64,000 nt of DNA, taken from IMG/VR virus record IMGVR_UViG_3300021400_000379, positions 35,639 to 99,638 of that record; one strand, 5' to 3'. A program made the position numbers and the translations under genes. The notes under the pieces are model-generated. The model had not been told where the DNA came from, ran no database searches, and worked only from the letters and a program-made list of their open reading frames with translations. This document shows, in pieces, positions 8,321 to 17,730 of the stretch (position 1 is the first letter of the stretch; each line of letters opens with the position of its first letter). Origin of the DNA: a virus (Duplodnaviria; Caudoviricetes).

Positions 8321-8488
8321 TTATATACTAAATATCGCAGATTTCAGTCTGGGTCTTCCTCTTTTTCTGTCAGAATACTGATAGGGATTCAATTTGCGTT
8401 CACATCTTGCGATGTGTTTGCGGATGTACTCTTTGGTGTAGAGTGAAAGATTCTTCTTGCAAAACGGGCACCTGGCATCATCTGACAT
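8321..8488 (-). CDS. 55-aa C2HC Zn-finger plus AT-hook microprotein
   Basis: MSDDARCPFCKK...RKHIARC...KRGRPRLK; below the ORF-track cutoff. Confidence 0.7.
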   Translation of the reverse strand: MSDDARCPFCKKNLSLYTKEYIRKHIARCERKLNPYQYSDRKRGRPRLKSAIFSI

Positions 8489-8550
8489 GCGCAAATATCT
8501 TTATCTGGGTATATGAAACGCACTATCATTTTTCAATACAGTTGGATTAG

Positions 8551-9192
8551 TTGAAATATATCTATTGCGATTATTCAATCCCACCCCTTCTGGCGCAGGA
8601 GTTCTATGAAACGGGCTTCCAACAGGAGGAAAATAATTTTACCTTGGTTCAACCGGATCATCCGGCCGGCCAAGGGCTGAAACTGTTTAAAGGGGGCGCA
8701 AGCCCCTACTTTTTATATCTTGTTCATCATTTTACTACTATGTTAGGTATAACCAATGCGACATATTTTGATAACACACGTATTCAGATAACAAGTAAAA
8801 CTCTCGGTTCGTCACTAACAATGTGGGGATCGTTAGAATATCTTCGTATTGCACCAAAAAAAGGATTGTTGAATGGTTGTATTCACATTCCCCCCAATTC
8901 TTCTAATACCTTCCCTGTTACCACCCTCGATATTCTTGGAAATCTTTTAGGTATCTCTATCAAAAAACCTTCCGCGTATTATCAGACAGGAAAATGGTCT
9001 GCTCACGGAGGAAATAACTCATATTTGCAATATTGTGAATACGGAACTTATGTAAACATCTATCCAGAGGGTGCTGTTCAATTTGGAAGATTTTATTATA
9101 ATTCAGATAATATTTTGACTGGAGATTGGACATTAAGTGATATGTCTGACGCCCATATACAATTTTGGGATGTATATATAGAAGAAAATTGA
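8551..9192 (+). CDS. Hypothetical protein (AT-rich, opposite strand)
   Basis: 213-aa open frame; aromatic/Asn-rich; start uncertain. Confidence 0.6.
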   Translation: MKYIYCDYSIPPLLAQEFYETGFQQEENNFTLVQPDHPAGQGLKLFKGGASPYFLYLVHHFTTMLGITNATYFDNTRIQITSKTLGSSLTMWGSLEYLRIAPKKGLLNGCIHIPPNSSNTFPVTTLDILGNLLGISIKKPSAYYQTGKWSAHGGNNSYLQYCEYGTYVNIYPEGAVQFGRFYYNSDNILTGDWTLSDMSDAHIQFWDVYIEEN

Positions 9193-9216
9193 GGGGGATA
9201 TTCCCCCTCAATCCTC

Positions 9217-10845
9217 TTAATTAAGTATATACCCGATATGAAATGTCATCTCCTCAAGTTCCTGTTGAGTATATTGCTTCTTAGCATAGATGATGATTTT
9301 ATCTGTATCTGTTGACGCAATCGGGGCCCAAATTCCTTTTGCAAGTTCATCCATTCCAAATGTCACTGTCGGGATATGATATATATTGGCACCCGTAACT
9401 GTAAACCAATATTCATAATACCCTGATACTACCGTAGATGCATCCCCTCCGAAGATGGCTCTGGATTGCACTTCACTCGATAAATCATTTCCAGAAAGAT
9501 TGATCCATCTTGATCCATCACTATATACGATATCTCCGGGAGCAATCGTGCAAGATCCTGCAACTACCTCGGGGTGCGCGGAGCTACTACCACTCCCTCC
9601 TCCGCCACCGCTAATTGGATGATTGGCAACGTACGCACGCGATATTGTTGCAACGTCCTTCTGAGTCCACGAGAGAGAGGCCCTGATTTCACTTATATAA
9701 TATTGATTTTTAGTTGATGCGTATGGTATCGATAAAGAGACTGTTGAAGTAGTGATTTGTCCCATATATATCATATTCTGGGTGCCTATCAAATCCCACT
9801 GTGTACCGTTATATACCAACAAGCACAATCCATTGAGGAGCATTCTATCACTACCGCTCCCTATTATTACTCCGCGATACCGTATAGATTTGGCTCCCGT
9901 ACCATTGATATTCAATGTAGGGGAATTTGCTGTATTAACATAACTAAAGTTCACATACACCGTAAGCCCCTTACTAAGTATCGGTGTTCCAGTGGTTATG
10001 GTTGCAGTTTTGGCTGCCGTAGTCGAAGTGGTAGTACATGATGCGTACCTATTAAGTGTCCCACTTACATCAGAGGTAATTGAGTCCATATTGTTGATAT
10101 CATGCTTACCGACTAACTCCCAATGTGAGTCAATATATATGAAATCGCATACACCTGCAATAAGTGATTTATTTAATCCAGAGGTTATTTTTGATCCCTT
10201 GTAATAGATATTTTTTGCACCACTGCCATTAACATTCAGTGTAGGTGTACTTGCAGTATTCGGATATGAGAAATTAATGGATACCCTTATGCCTGTCTCT
10301 GCGGAATTAAGTGTGGGGAATGTACCCCCCTTGATAGTGGCCGTCTTCGCAGCAGTAGCCGCGGATGTATTACATGATCCGTACCTATTAATTGTCACAC
10401 CTGTGATGCCATCCTGTTTGATGGCCTGAAGATCTGCGTTCTTCGCATAGTTCGTGTCAATCCTCACGCCGTTACCATCGCGGATAGCAGAGTCGACCTG
10501 AACCTTGTTGCCGTTCAGGAGGATGTGTTCGTAATCCACAGGAGACACACCAGTACCATCGACTACATATAGCTCGGCATAATTATTCGAGGTTACGGAT
10601 TTGTTGATTGTTGCCCCATTGGTATATGTTGCTGTATCCGCATTTGCTGATAAAGAGAATCCTGTAAATGTTCCGCTTCCATTATAGGTATATATTGTAG
10701 TAGTAGTTGATGCGCCATCAATATTCTTTATTCCGTCAAGACCCGTAGATGTAACCTTATAACTACTATATGCCGTAGGCCCGTCGAACACATAGAGCTC
10801 GGTCTGACCATCATTAGAATATATCTTTATTCCATACGTAGCCAT
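9217..10845 (-). CDS. Tail fibre / receptor-binding protein
   Basis: Thr/Ser-rich; two tail-fibre-type repeats (TAAKTATI...F.Y.NTA..PTLN.NG.GAK.I); VDSAIRDG motif. Confidence 0.75.
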   Translation of the reverse strand: MATYGIKIYSNDGQTELYVFDGPTAYSSYKVTSTGLDGIKNIDGASTTTTIYTYNGSGTFTGFSLSANADTATYTNGATINKSVTSNNYAELYVVDGTGVSPVDYEHILLNGNKVQVDSAIRDGNGVRIDTNYAKNADLQAIKQDGITGVTINRYGSCNTSAATAAKTATIKGGTFPTLNSAETGIRVSINFSYPNTASTPTLNVNGSGAKNIYYKGSKITSGLNKSLIAGVCDFIYIDSHWELVGKHDINNMDSITSDVSGTLNRYASCTTTSTTAAKTATITTGTPILSKGLTVYVNFSYVNTANSPTLNINGTGAKSIRYRGVIIGSGSDRMLLNGLCLLVYNGTQWDLIGTQNMIYMGQITTSTVSLSIPYASTKNQYYISEIRASLSWTQKDVATISRAYVANHPISGGGGGSGSSSAHPEVVAGSCTIAPGDIVYSDGSRWINLSGNDLSSEVQSRAIFGGDASTVVSGYYEYWFTVTGANIYHIPTVTFGMDELAKGIWAPIASTDTDKIIIYAKKQYTQQELEEMTFHIGYILN

Positions 10846-10846
10846 T

Positions 10847-11686
10847 TTAATCTACCTCCATCAGGGACACTATCGTACTCGTTATCGTCGGTACGGTCGC
10901 ACTGATTGTATTGCCTGTAATCGTGATATTCGTTCCTGCTGTAAGCACAGGGGTCTTGAACACTACCGACTTGCCACCAGCAGTAAGTGTGTATGCCGTG
11001 TTATGTGCAAGGTTGACTGTGGCAGTACCGCCTGAGGCCAGAGATATATCATGAGTATGTCCTGCTGTTGCATAGGCAGTACTTGCAGTATATGCTGCAG
11101 AGCCGAGTCCTTTCACATCCACATTCGTACCAGCGATTTTCACCTGTCCGTTAGAATCACCTGTGGCGAGAGTTATAGCGTGTTTATGGTCTTTTCTGGC
11201 GTAACTTGTACTAGTTCCTGATGCACCCGTACCATTGCTGTTATATATGATTGCCAGGGCATTATCGGACGATGCATATGACTCATCAACTACTTTCTTG
11301 CTGCCCTCATTCTGATAGAAGAATCCGTCGATCTGTACGGACATCTGCCCGCCCTTGGATGCGATGGCCAAATCTGACCCCTGATCACCATGAATACCTG
11401 CAACATGTGCATACCCATTCGCGGATTTTAACGTACCCCAGTTAGAGATTGCGGTATTATTGGTTGCACCGTTGTACAATTTGATGTAGGCTGTATCATG
11501 ATCATGATTTGCTGCGGCTTTACCATCCAGTGTGGTCTGAAGATTGGTAACATCAGAGATTGCGTGAGTGTGTCCTTTCAGAGCATATGTATCCGCGATG
11601 ACCTTTCCGCTGCCGTCCCTAATCGCACTCTCGACTTGTACGGGTTTGCCATCGTATGTGACCTTCCTAGCTTCCGTATTAACCAC
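10847..11686 (-). CDS. Tail fibre protein
   Basis: GTG start after GGTGA; GHTH/NHDH/DHKH metal-knuckle motifs, DVTNLQTTLDGK, GLGSAAY. Confidence 0.75.
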   Translation of the reverse strand: MVNTEARKVTYDGKPVQVESAIRDGSGKVIADTYALKGHTHAISDVTNLQTTLDGKAAANHDHDTAYIKLYNGATNNTAISNWGTLKSANGYAHVAGIHGDQGSDLAIASKGGQMSVQIDGFFYQNEGSKKVVDESYASSDNALAIIYNSNGTGASGTSTSYARKDHKHAITLATGDSNGQVKIAGTNVDVKGLGSAAYTASTAYATAGHTHDISLASGGTATVNLAHNTAYTLTAGGKSVVFKTPVLTAGTNITITGNTISATVPTITSTIVSLMEVD

Positions 11687-11690
11687 AGTA

Positions 11691-12017
11691 TCACCATGCC
11701 GTAATATGGCACGTCCAAGTCTGATTTGCAACGGTGCCTATCAGATTATATGTTATTTGCGTAGATGTCATTGTGATGTCGGCGCCAACCTCGTTGCCAT
11801 CGGCATCGAAGATCTGTATGATGCGCGGCGTCTTCCCGCCTAATCCCAAGTCAGCAACCATCACATTCCCAGATGTCGTGGTTGCAGTTGTGGTTATAGT
11901 GAACTCCGCATGTCTTGTGTAGGTAGTGTTAATCTGCAGACCAGTCCCGTCACGGATGGCTGACTCCACCTGCACAGGTTTGTTATCATATGTAATCTTC
12001 CTAGCTTCCGTAGCCAT
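11691..12017 (-). CDS. Small tail-associated protein
   Basis: N-terminus MATEARKITYDNKPVQVESAIRDG nearly identical to the neighbouring gene. Confidence 0.75.
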   Translation of the reverse strand: MATEARKITYDNKPVQVESAIRDGTGLQINTTYTRHAEFTITTTATTTSGNVMVADLGLGGKTPRIIQIFDADGNEVGADITMTSTQITYNLIGTVANQTWTCHITAW

Positions 12018-12021
12018 GGTA

Positions 12022-13653
12022 TCACATATCCGCGAGAGTCACGTTGGTCGCTGCAATCAGAGGAGAGGTTATCGTGATCTTACCATTCGCGTCACACTTA
12101 ACCGTGGTCCCGCCTGATCCTACAATATTATGAGAATTGCGGACTGTGTTATCTTCAATAAGATTAAGGAATATGCTATTGGTTGTTGTATTTGCCGCAT
12201 TGCTCGTGGAATTATTCGCGGGACCCGTGATCAGATTCGCGGTGTAATGGGTATTGTCGCTTGCAGGGATTGTCACAGTCTTCGTGCTTGCCGCAGTAAG
12301 ACGACCTTGTGCATCAACGGTGAAATATGGTACATTGAACGTCTTGCCGTACCCGGGAGTGGCATTGGCAGATGGGCCGTAGCTTCCAGCTGTGACGGCT
12401 GTATTAGCCAGACCAATGGTTCCTGACCTTGTGATAGCATCACCATTACTACCTGGGTTGAGATTGGTGGTAGTGAGGCCAGTCCCGGGAGTGACTGTAG
12501 TCACAGTACCGCTGGGTTCATCACCTGAAGGGACGACCGTCCACGCGGAACCATTAGAGATGAGTGTGTCCCCTACCTTATACGCGGGGTATACGGGGTT
12601 CGTACTAGATGCATGTGCTGTAATGGCCTTGTACGTGAATCCCTCGTTGGCCGCAGCGGCCGCAGGGAGTGTGGTAATCGTTCCACCCTCACCAACGGTA
12701 CCCTTGAACAACATGGGCTCAGGGAGGTTATCAATGGCTGTTTTAACGAATTTGGTTGTAGCAATCTGGTCAGTATTCGTTCCCGCAGCCGCGGTAGGTG
12801 CCGTAGGTGTGCCAGTTAATGCAGGAGAGTTCAATTTTGCATATGTTGTCTTGATCGCATTCCCATCTACATCCTGTGTGGCCTTGGTTGCAGAGGTTGC
12901 ATTTCCTGAAAGCGACGCCTTGATCGTGGCAGGGAGTTTCAGCGTAAAGTTGGCAGATCCGTCGATACTGTTCGTTGCCTGTGTATTGGTACCGTCATTG
13001 TCTGATATGGTGATATTCCGGGCAGTACCCCATTTCGAAGTCGTTATGTCTGCAGACCCGTCAAAGCTAGTTCCATTGATTGATCTAGCCGTAGCTAAGG
13101 TAGTGGCGGTAGCGGAATTACCAGAACACGCACCAGAAGTTATGGCAGATTGGTTTACCCATACACCCTGACCGCTTCCGTCGGATTTCCACAACTGACC
13201 GTTCGTACCTGCCGAAGTAGGAGGGTAGATCGTCACTTTATCGATACTGATGACGCGTCCATAGGTGTCTACCTTGACCTTTGGTACCTCTGTGGCTGAC
13301 CCAACCACTGTAGTTCCGATCGTTATACCTGTACCAGCAGTCACAACCCCGCTTTTCTGTTTGAATTGCGTTCCGTCAAGAACTATGGTGGTACCATCGG
13401 CTGTGTAGACCTTACCTGTGATAGCAAAATCATCATTATCCGATGGAGAGTCGACTTTACATAGGTACACTAGCCCATTATTTGTCAGGACAAGGGATCC
13501 CTTATAGTAAGTTGTTCCCGATACATAGGGGGTGGCACTAGCCACTACTATAGGGTTAAAGGTACTGTATTTAACAACATCATCGGCGTTAGTACCCTGT
13601 GCTGCCTTCTGGGTTATCTTTCCGTGTACATTAAGGTTTGAATACTGCTCCAT
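12022..13653 (-). CDS. Tail fibre protein
   Basis: SPALTGTPTAPTAAAGTNTDQIATTKFV, ARSINGTSFDGSADIT and VTAGSYG...VDAQGRLTAA fibre repeats. Confidence 0.85.
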   Translation of the reverse strand: MEQYSNLNVHGKITQKAAQGTNADDVVKYSTFNPIVVASATPYVSGTTYYKGSLVLTNNGLVYLCKVDSPSDNDDFAITGKVYTADGTTIVLDGTQFKQKSGVVTAGTGITIGTTVVGSATEVPKVKVDTYGRVISIDKVTIYPPTSAGTNGQLWKSDGSGQGVWVNQSAITSGACSGNSATATTLATARSINGTSFDGSADITTSKWGTARNITISDNDGTNTQATNSIDGSANFTLKLPATIKASLSGNATSATKATQDVDGNAIKTTYAKLNSPALTGTPTAPTAAAGTNTDQIATTKFVKTAIDNLPEPMLFKGTVGEGGTITTLPAAAAANEGFTYKAITAHASSTNPVYPAYKVGDTLISNGSAWTVVPSGDEPSGTVTTVTPGTGLTTTNLNPGSNGDAITRSGTIGLANTAVTAGSYGPSANATPGYGKTFNVPYFTVDAQGRLTAASTKTVTIPASDNTHYTANLITGPANNSTSNAANTTTNSIFLNLIEDNTVRNSHNIVGSGGTTVKCDANGKITITSPLIAATNVTLADM

Positions 13654-13664
13654 GTTATCACCAT

Positions 13665-14015
13665 TCAGATCAGAGACCTCACAAGCAACTCCAGATCTTC
13701 GCCACCCTCGGGGAGCTCTATGAAGGAGATTACTATCTGTGTAGCCGTGACTGTTATATCCGCTTCTATCCTCTCGAGGGTCTCGAGCCCTGCGGGATTC
13801 TCCGGAGGATGGACCACGTATAGGGACACTGCGACAGGTGCATTATGCAGGCCGTGCGAGATCACAAGATGTTTATTGCCTGCTGGCCTGGCCCTGATAT
13901 CTATCTTCTTAGGGTAGGTCGTAGCGATCCTGTATCCATCTCCGTCACGGATCGCAGAATCGACCTGTATCTTGTTATCACCATGTGTGAAATATTCGTA
14001 CGCAGCGTCAGTCAC
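13665..14015 (-). CDS. Small tail-associated protein
   Basis: QVDSAIRDG motif; ISHGLHNAP motif. Confidence 0.7.
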   Translation of the reverse strand: MTDAAYEYFTHGDNKIQVDSAIRDGDGYRIATTYPKKIDIRARPAGNKHLVISHGLHNAPVAVSLYVVHPPENPAGLETLERIEADITVTATQIVISFIELPEGGEDLELLVRSLI

Positions 14016-14763
14016 TATAGCTCACCTCTGCTTCATAATATTCGCGTTCATCTATATCAAAAGGTACGGAGAAATTCCCGGACATCGCATACCAGACCTT
14101 CTGTCCGTCTTTGATATAGAGTTTATACCATGCGCCTGTGTCAAGCGCGACCGCTGTGTCTCCTGATTCTGCGTCGCCCGTATACTCTGGATTATTCAGG
14201 TCCGCCTCGGTAGGCACCTCGAAATGGTCCTCCGCAAGGTCGCTGAGTCCGATACTGAAGACTGAATCATCCACACGGGTGAATGTGAATGTGGATGTAC
14301 TGTCATCATATGACACGTCCTTGATGACGCTGGATACCGCGGGCAGCTCGACCGCAAGTCCCTCCCTGATCAGTAACGCATCGATGAAGGAGTGAGGCAT
14401 TTGCAGGGTGTCCAACGCAGATTGCTCGATTATGAGCTCTGGGTCCTCCCCGTCTACCGTGAATGCGAGAACATAGCGGAGTTTGTTCTGGGTCGCACGC
14501 CTGGATACCGCATACGGTATAGGGAATGTATATCCGTTGAAGGCGGGGCGGGTGACGGGGGAGAAATAGATCCTCTTCCCTCTATCATCGAAGACATCGA
14601 ATACGATGAATGGGACACGACCGTCCAAATACCCCTGCTGGGTATATGTGAAATGCAAAATCACGGAGCTCTCGTCCTCGGTCGTTCCGCCAGCGCCTCC
14701 GGGAGATTTAATACTCAATTTCCTGGTCTGGGGGTCGTATTCCCTGAAGATATGTGTGGTCAT
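14008..14763 (-). CDS. Baseplate-upper (BppU-like) protein
   Basis: Beta-rich N-domain paralogous to 14760-15239 (REYDPQTR...GYLD...IPY...TQNKL). Confidence 0.55.
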   Translation of the reverse strand: MTTHIFREYDPQTRKLSIKSPGGAGGTTEDESSVILHFTYTQQGYLDGRVPFIVFDVFDDRGKRIYFSPVTRPAFNGYTFPIPYAVSRRATQNKLRYVLAFTVDGEDPELIIEQSALDTLQMPHSFIDALLIREGLAVELPAVSSVIKDVSYDDSTSTFTFTRVDDSVFSIGLSDLAEDHFEVPTEADLNNPEYTGDAESGDTAVALDTGAWYKLYIKDGQKVWYAMSGNFSVPFDIDEREYYEAEVSYSD

Positions 14764-15239
14764 GCTCCGCCTCCGGCCTGATCCTCCAAAGCCGTGACCC
14801 TCGCCTCCAAATCGGCCAGGGTCTGCCTGAGTGCAGTCAGTTCGACAGCTGCTGGCACAGGGCTATCGGCCATACCTTGTGGATCTTGGATGGACCGTGA
14901 GAACTGTGCAACGTCGATCACGCTCTGTTCGACATAATTGAGATTGGTCTTGCCGATGAGTATGAGCTGGTACTCAAGCTTATTCTGGGTCACCTTCGAG
15001 GTCACCTCGTAAGGTAATGCGATGGAGCAGGAGCTGAAATCGTACCAATATGGCTCATATGTCTCGGGATCGAGCACATTGAACGCGATGAACGCGTCCT
15101 TATCGTCCAAATACCCCTGCGGGAAGTCTACGATCAGGACTGTGGACTCGGAGTCGTTCACCACTCCTCCTGTGTTGCCTGATTTGGCTCTGAAATCCCT
15201 CGTCTGGGGGATGTATTCGCGACGGATTACGGTCGACAT
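14760..15239 (-). CDS. Baseplate-upper (BppU-like) protein paralogue with C-terminal coiled coil
   Basis: REYIPQTR...GYLD...LPY...TQNKL; LADLEARVTALE. Confidence 0.55.
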   Translation of the reverse strand: MSTVIRREYIPQTRDFRAKSGNTGGVVNDSESTVLIVDFPQGYLDDKDAFIAFNVLDPETYEPYWYDFSSCSIALPYEVTSKVTQNKLEYQLILIGKTNLNYVEQSVIDVAQFSRSIQDPQGMADSPVPAAVELTALRQTLADLEARVTALEDQAGGGA

Positions 15240-15291
15240 GTGCTCACGATAGTCACATATCTCAACCGAGGTTATTAAATGCTCTCCTTTC

Positions 15292-17730
15292 TCAGCTATT
15301 ATTGAGCTGCGAGACAGTATTGGCCAAATCGAGCTGTTTGCTGATACCGAATGAGTATTTTGTACGCCCAGAGGGGTATTCTCTTGAATATTTTGACAGT
15401 GCCAGCTTCTGCGGATAGTATCTGCTGGGGAATTTCAGCCCCATCGCGGATACTGCGAGGTCCTGTTCGATATCGGTGAACTGTTTGACCGAGCTTACCG
15501 CGGGGAACAGCGCAGACCAGTAAGAATCAGGGCTGGTCTCGCCGTATGACCCGGAATTACGCTCGTTCGCGGTGAATGAGACCGATGTTCTGGTCTCTCC
15601 CCAATAGGCGAGCACCATATACAGCACCTTTCTGGCATAATACTCGGGCAGGACTGCGAAATACTGTGTCAGGTCAAGAGTATACAGCCCAGGGCCTTCC
15701 CCGATATCCTTGATGGACTGCTCAGCCATGTCGCGGATGCTCGCATACTCGGGATTTTCCGAAGATACGGAGTATTTTACGCATGGGCCGTCTCCCGAAA
15801 GGGGAGAGATCCATTCTCCGATGATAGGGTCGCTCAGGTCGTCCGCTTTATACCTGCCGAACTAGATCGTACGGGTCTTGACGGCCTTTTCCAGGCTCGT
15901 ATATACGTTATATTTCACCGCGACCGTGTTATATGTCGTGGTAGAACCCTGTGCGTCCTGAGATACAGTCCCGTAAACCCTTCCCATCAGACGGTCATAT
16001 GTACGTTCGCTGTGCAACTCGACGGAATCCAGAGTAGCCCTCCAGTCCTCGGGGCTCATTTCAATTGCCTGGATGTTTCCCATCGCCTCGTCCCACCCGA
16101 ATGATGGGTTGCTGCCCATATCAAGACCTGATCTCACGATGAGCCTGTTGAACGCTGTCCTCTTACGCTCGTCAGACCAGTCCTCGGATGCGGTACTGGG
16201 TATGTTCTCTGGCACTTCATCTGCCAATTTGGTATAATCTATGATATAAGCCCTGCTGTTCGCGAAGAATATGCGTGCGTTGCATATCATCGCGCATATC
16301 TGGAGGGTCGTCCAGATGTTCGCCCCCTTGATTATGGGGATGAACTCATCATGTGCGCTACCGAGCACGTCTAGAGTCATATCCTTCACGACGTCCTCAT
16401 CGGTATGGATTGGTGCAGACCTGACCGCATTCACGGAAATCTTCGACACGTCCACGTTGGATATGATCTGGTAAGGCAAGTAATAGTACCGTGAGTACAG
16501 CCCCGTACCGATGATATCCAGGATCATCGACAGCGGATCGGTCCAAGTGATGTTTGACGTGAATTTCATACCGCGGATTTCGCTGATTCCGCAATATGCG
16601 ATCATATCGTAGGAATTATCCCGCAGGGCACACTCAGTCACGATATATTCCCCCCTGCCTACGGCATTTATCTGCAGCTTGCTCTCACCGGGCTGGATTA
16701 TCGCGATTACCTTATCAGTCTGCATGTTCACATTCCCAGCCAGTTCGGGATATGTTCTCATGAATGCCCTTTTGGATAATTTTAGGGACACGTGCTCAAA
16801 AGGCTCCTCCAGTCCGCCGGTCATTGTATATGAGCTCACCAAGTCAAGACCCATATACCCTCCGTGCGAGGGGTCTGGTTGACCCTGTCTCGACCCGATG
16901 GTCAACGCGTATTCGGGAGTCTGTATCAGCACCCCGTTCAACTTCTTGACCGCCCTGACCTTGATGGACGTGTCCCTGGTGAAATACCACTCGTTATACT
17001 CGTTATACGCATTGTAACAGCTTGCGGTATTCAGATTGTCATAGATGGGGATATATCTGAGGGCGGGGTTCTTCTCATATAGCTCCCTAGGAATTGCCTC
17101 ATACTCTCCGTCTATGTGAGTGAAGAGCACACTATCCTCGTGCCCCTCGGACAGTTTCTCGGTCAGCCTGCCGCCTACCACTACGACCATGGACCCCGTG
17201 AGGTATTCCGAGTCTCCGCAGTTCAAGTCGATCTCCACTTCTTGTACGAAGATGTTCACCGCATGGCTGGAAGGTAACATCAGAGTTTGAGGGATGAATG
17301 TCTCTGTATCCTTTGTGATGTCCTCTGCATTCTTGGTATTGATGAACATGGTGTAACCGTCGGTCTTGATCTGCCACCTGTTTGCCAAGGACATGAGCGC
17401 GTCGCACCATTTGGCATTAGTCCATTTCCAAGAGGTCTTATCATAGTCGTCATCGTACACATAGGTCATATATGTGCCGTTAGGCAACTTTTTCAAGGGG
17501 TTCTTGCGGGCAAATGTGAATGTATAACTGTTCGAGGTGTTGGATTCCAGCGCGTATGTCGAATCTGTAGGCAGATTAGGGATGGGGATTGCGGTAATAG
17601 CCTTGTTCAGTGTGTCTGTAATCCCTGTCACTATCCCCAGATCATACATCGTTCCTGAATTCGTGCTGAAGCCCGTCCTTATCTGGATTAGTCCATATTC
17701 ATCCATATATTCACCCGTTGTTAATGACAT
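15292..17730 (-). CDS. Putative baseplate hub / tail-tip protein, 812 aa with in-frame TAG at codon 623 (probable pyrrolysine)
   Basis: TAG at 15862-15864 is followed by 44 sense codons that run in frame into the 145-aa ORF 15292-15729; located in the tail module. Confidence 0.75.

Noticed and set aside
8542-8553. In-frame TAG just before the 8551 ORF as a fifth readthrough
   Set aside because: It would add only three codons from a TTG, with no supporting RBS or ATG upstream.
15791-15807. PYLIS-like element or terminator downstream of the hub TAG
   Set aside because: Only a 6-bp stem, about 55 nt from the TAG, with no U-tract and no equivalent at the other TAG sites.
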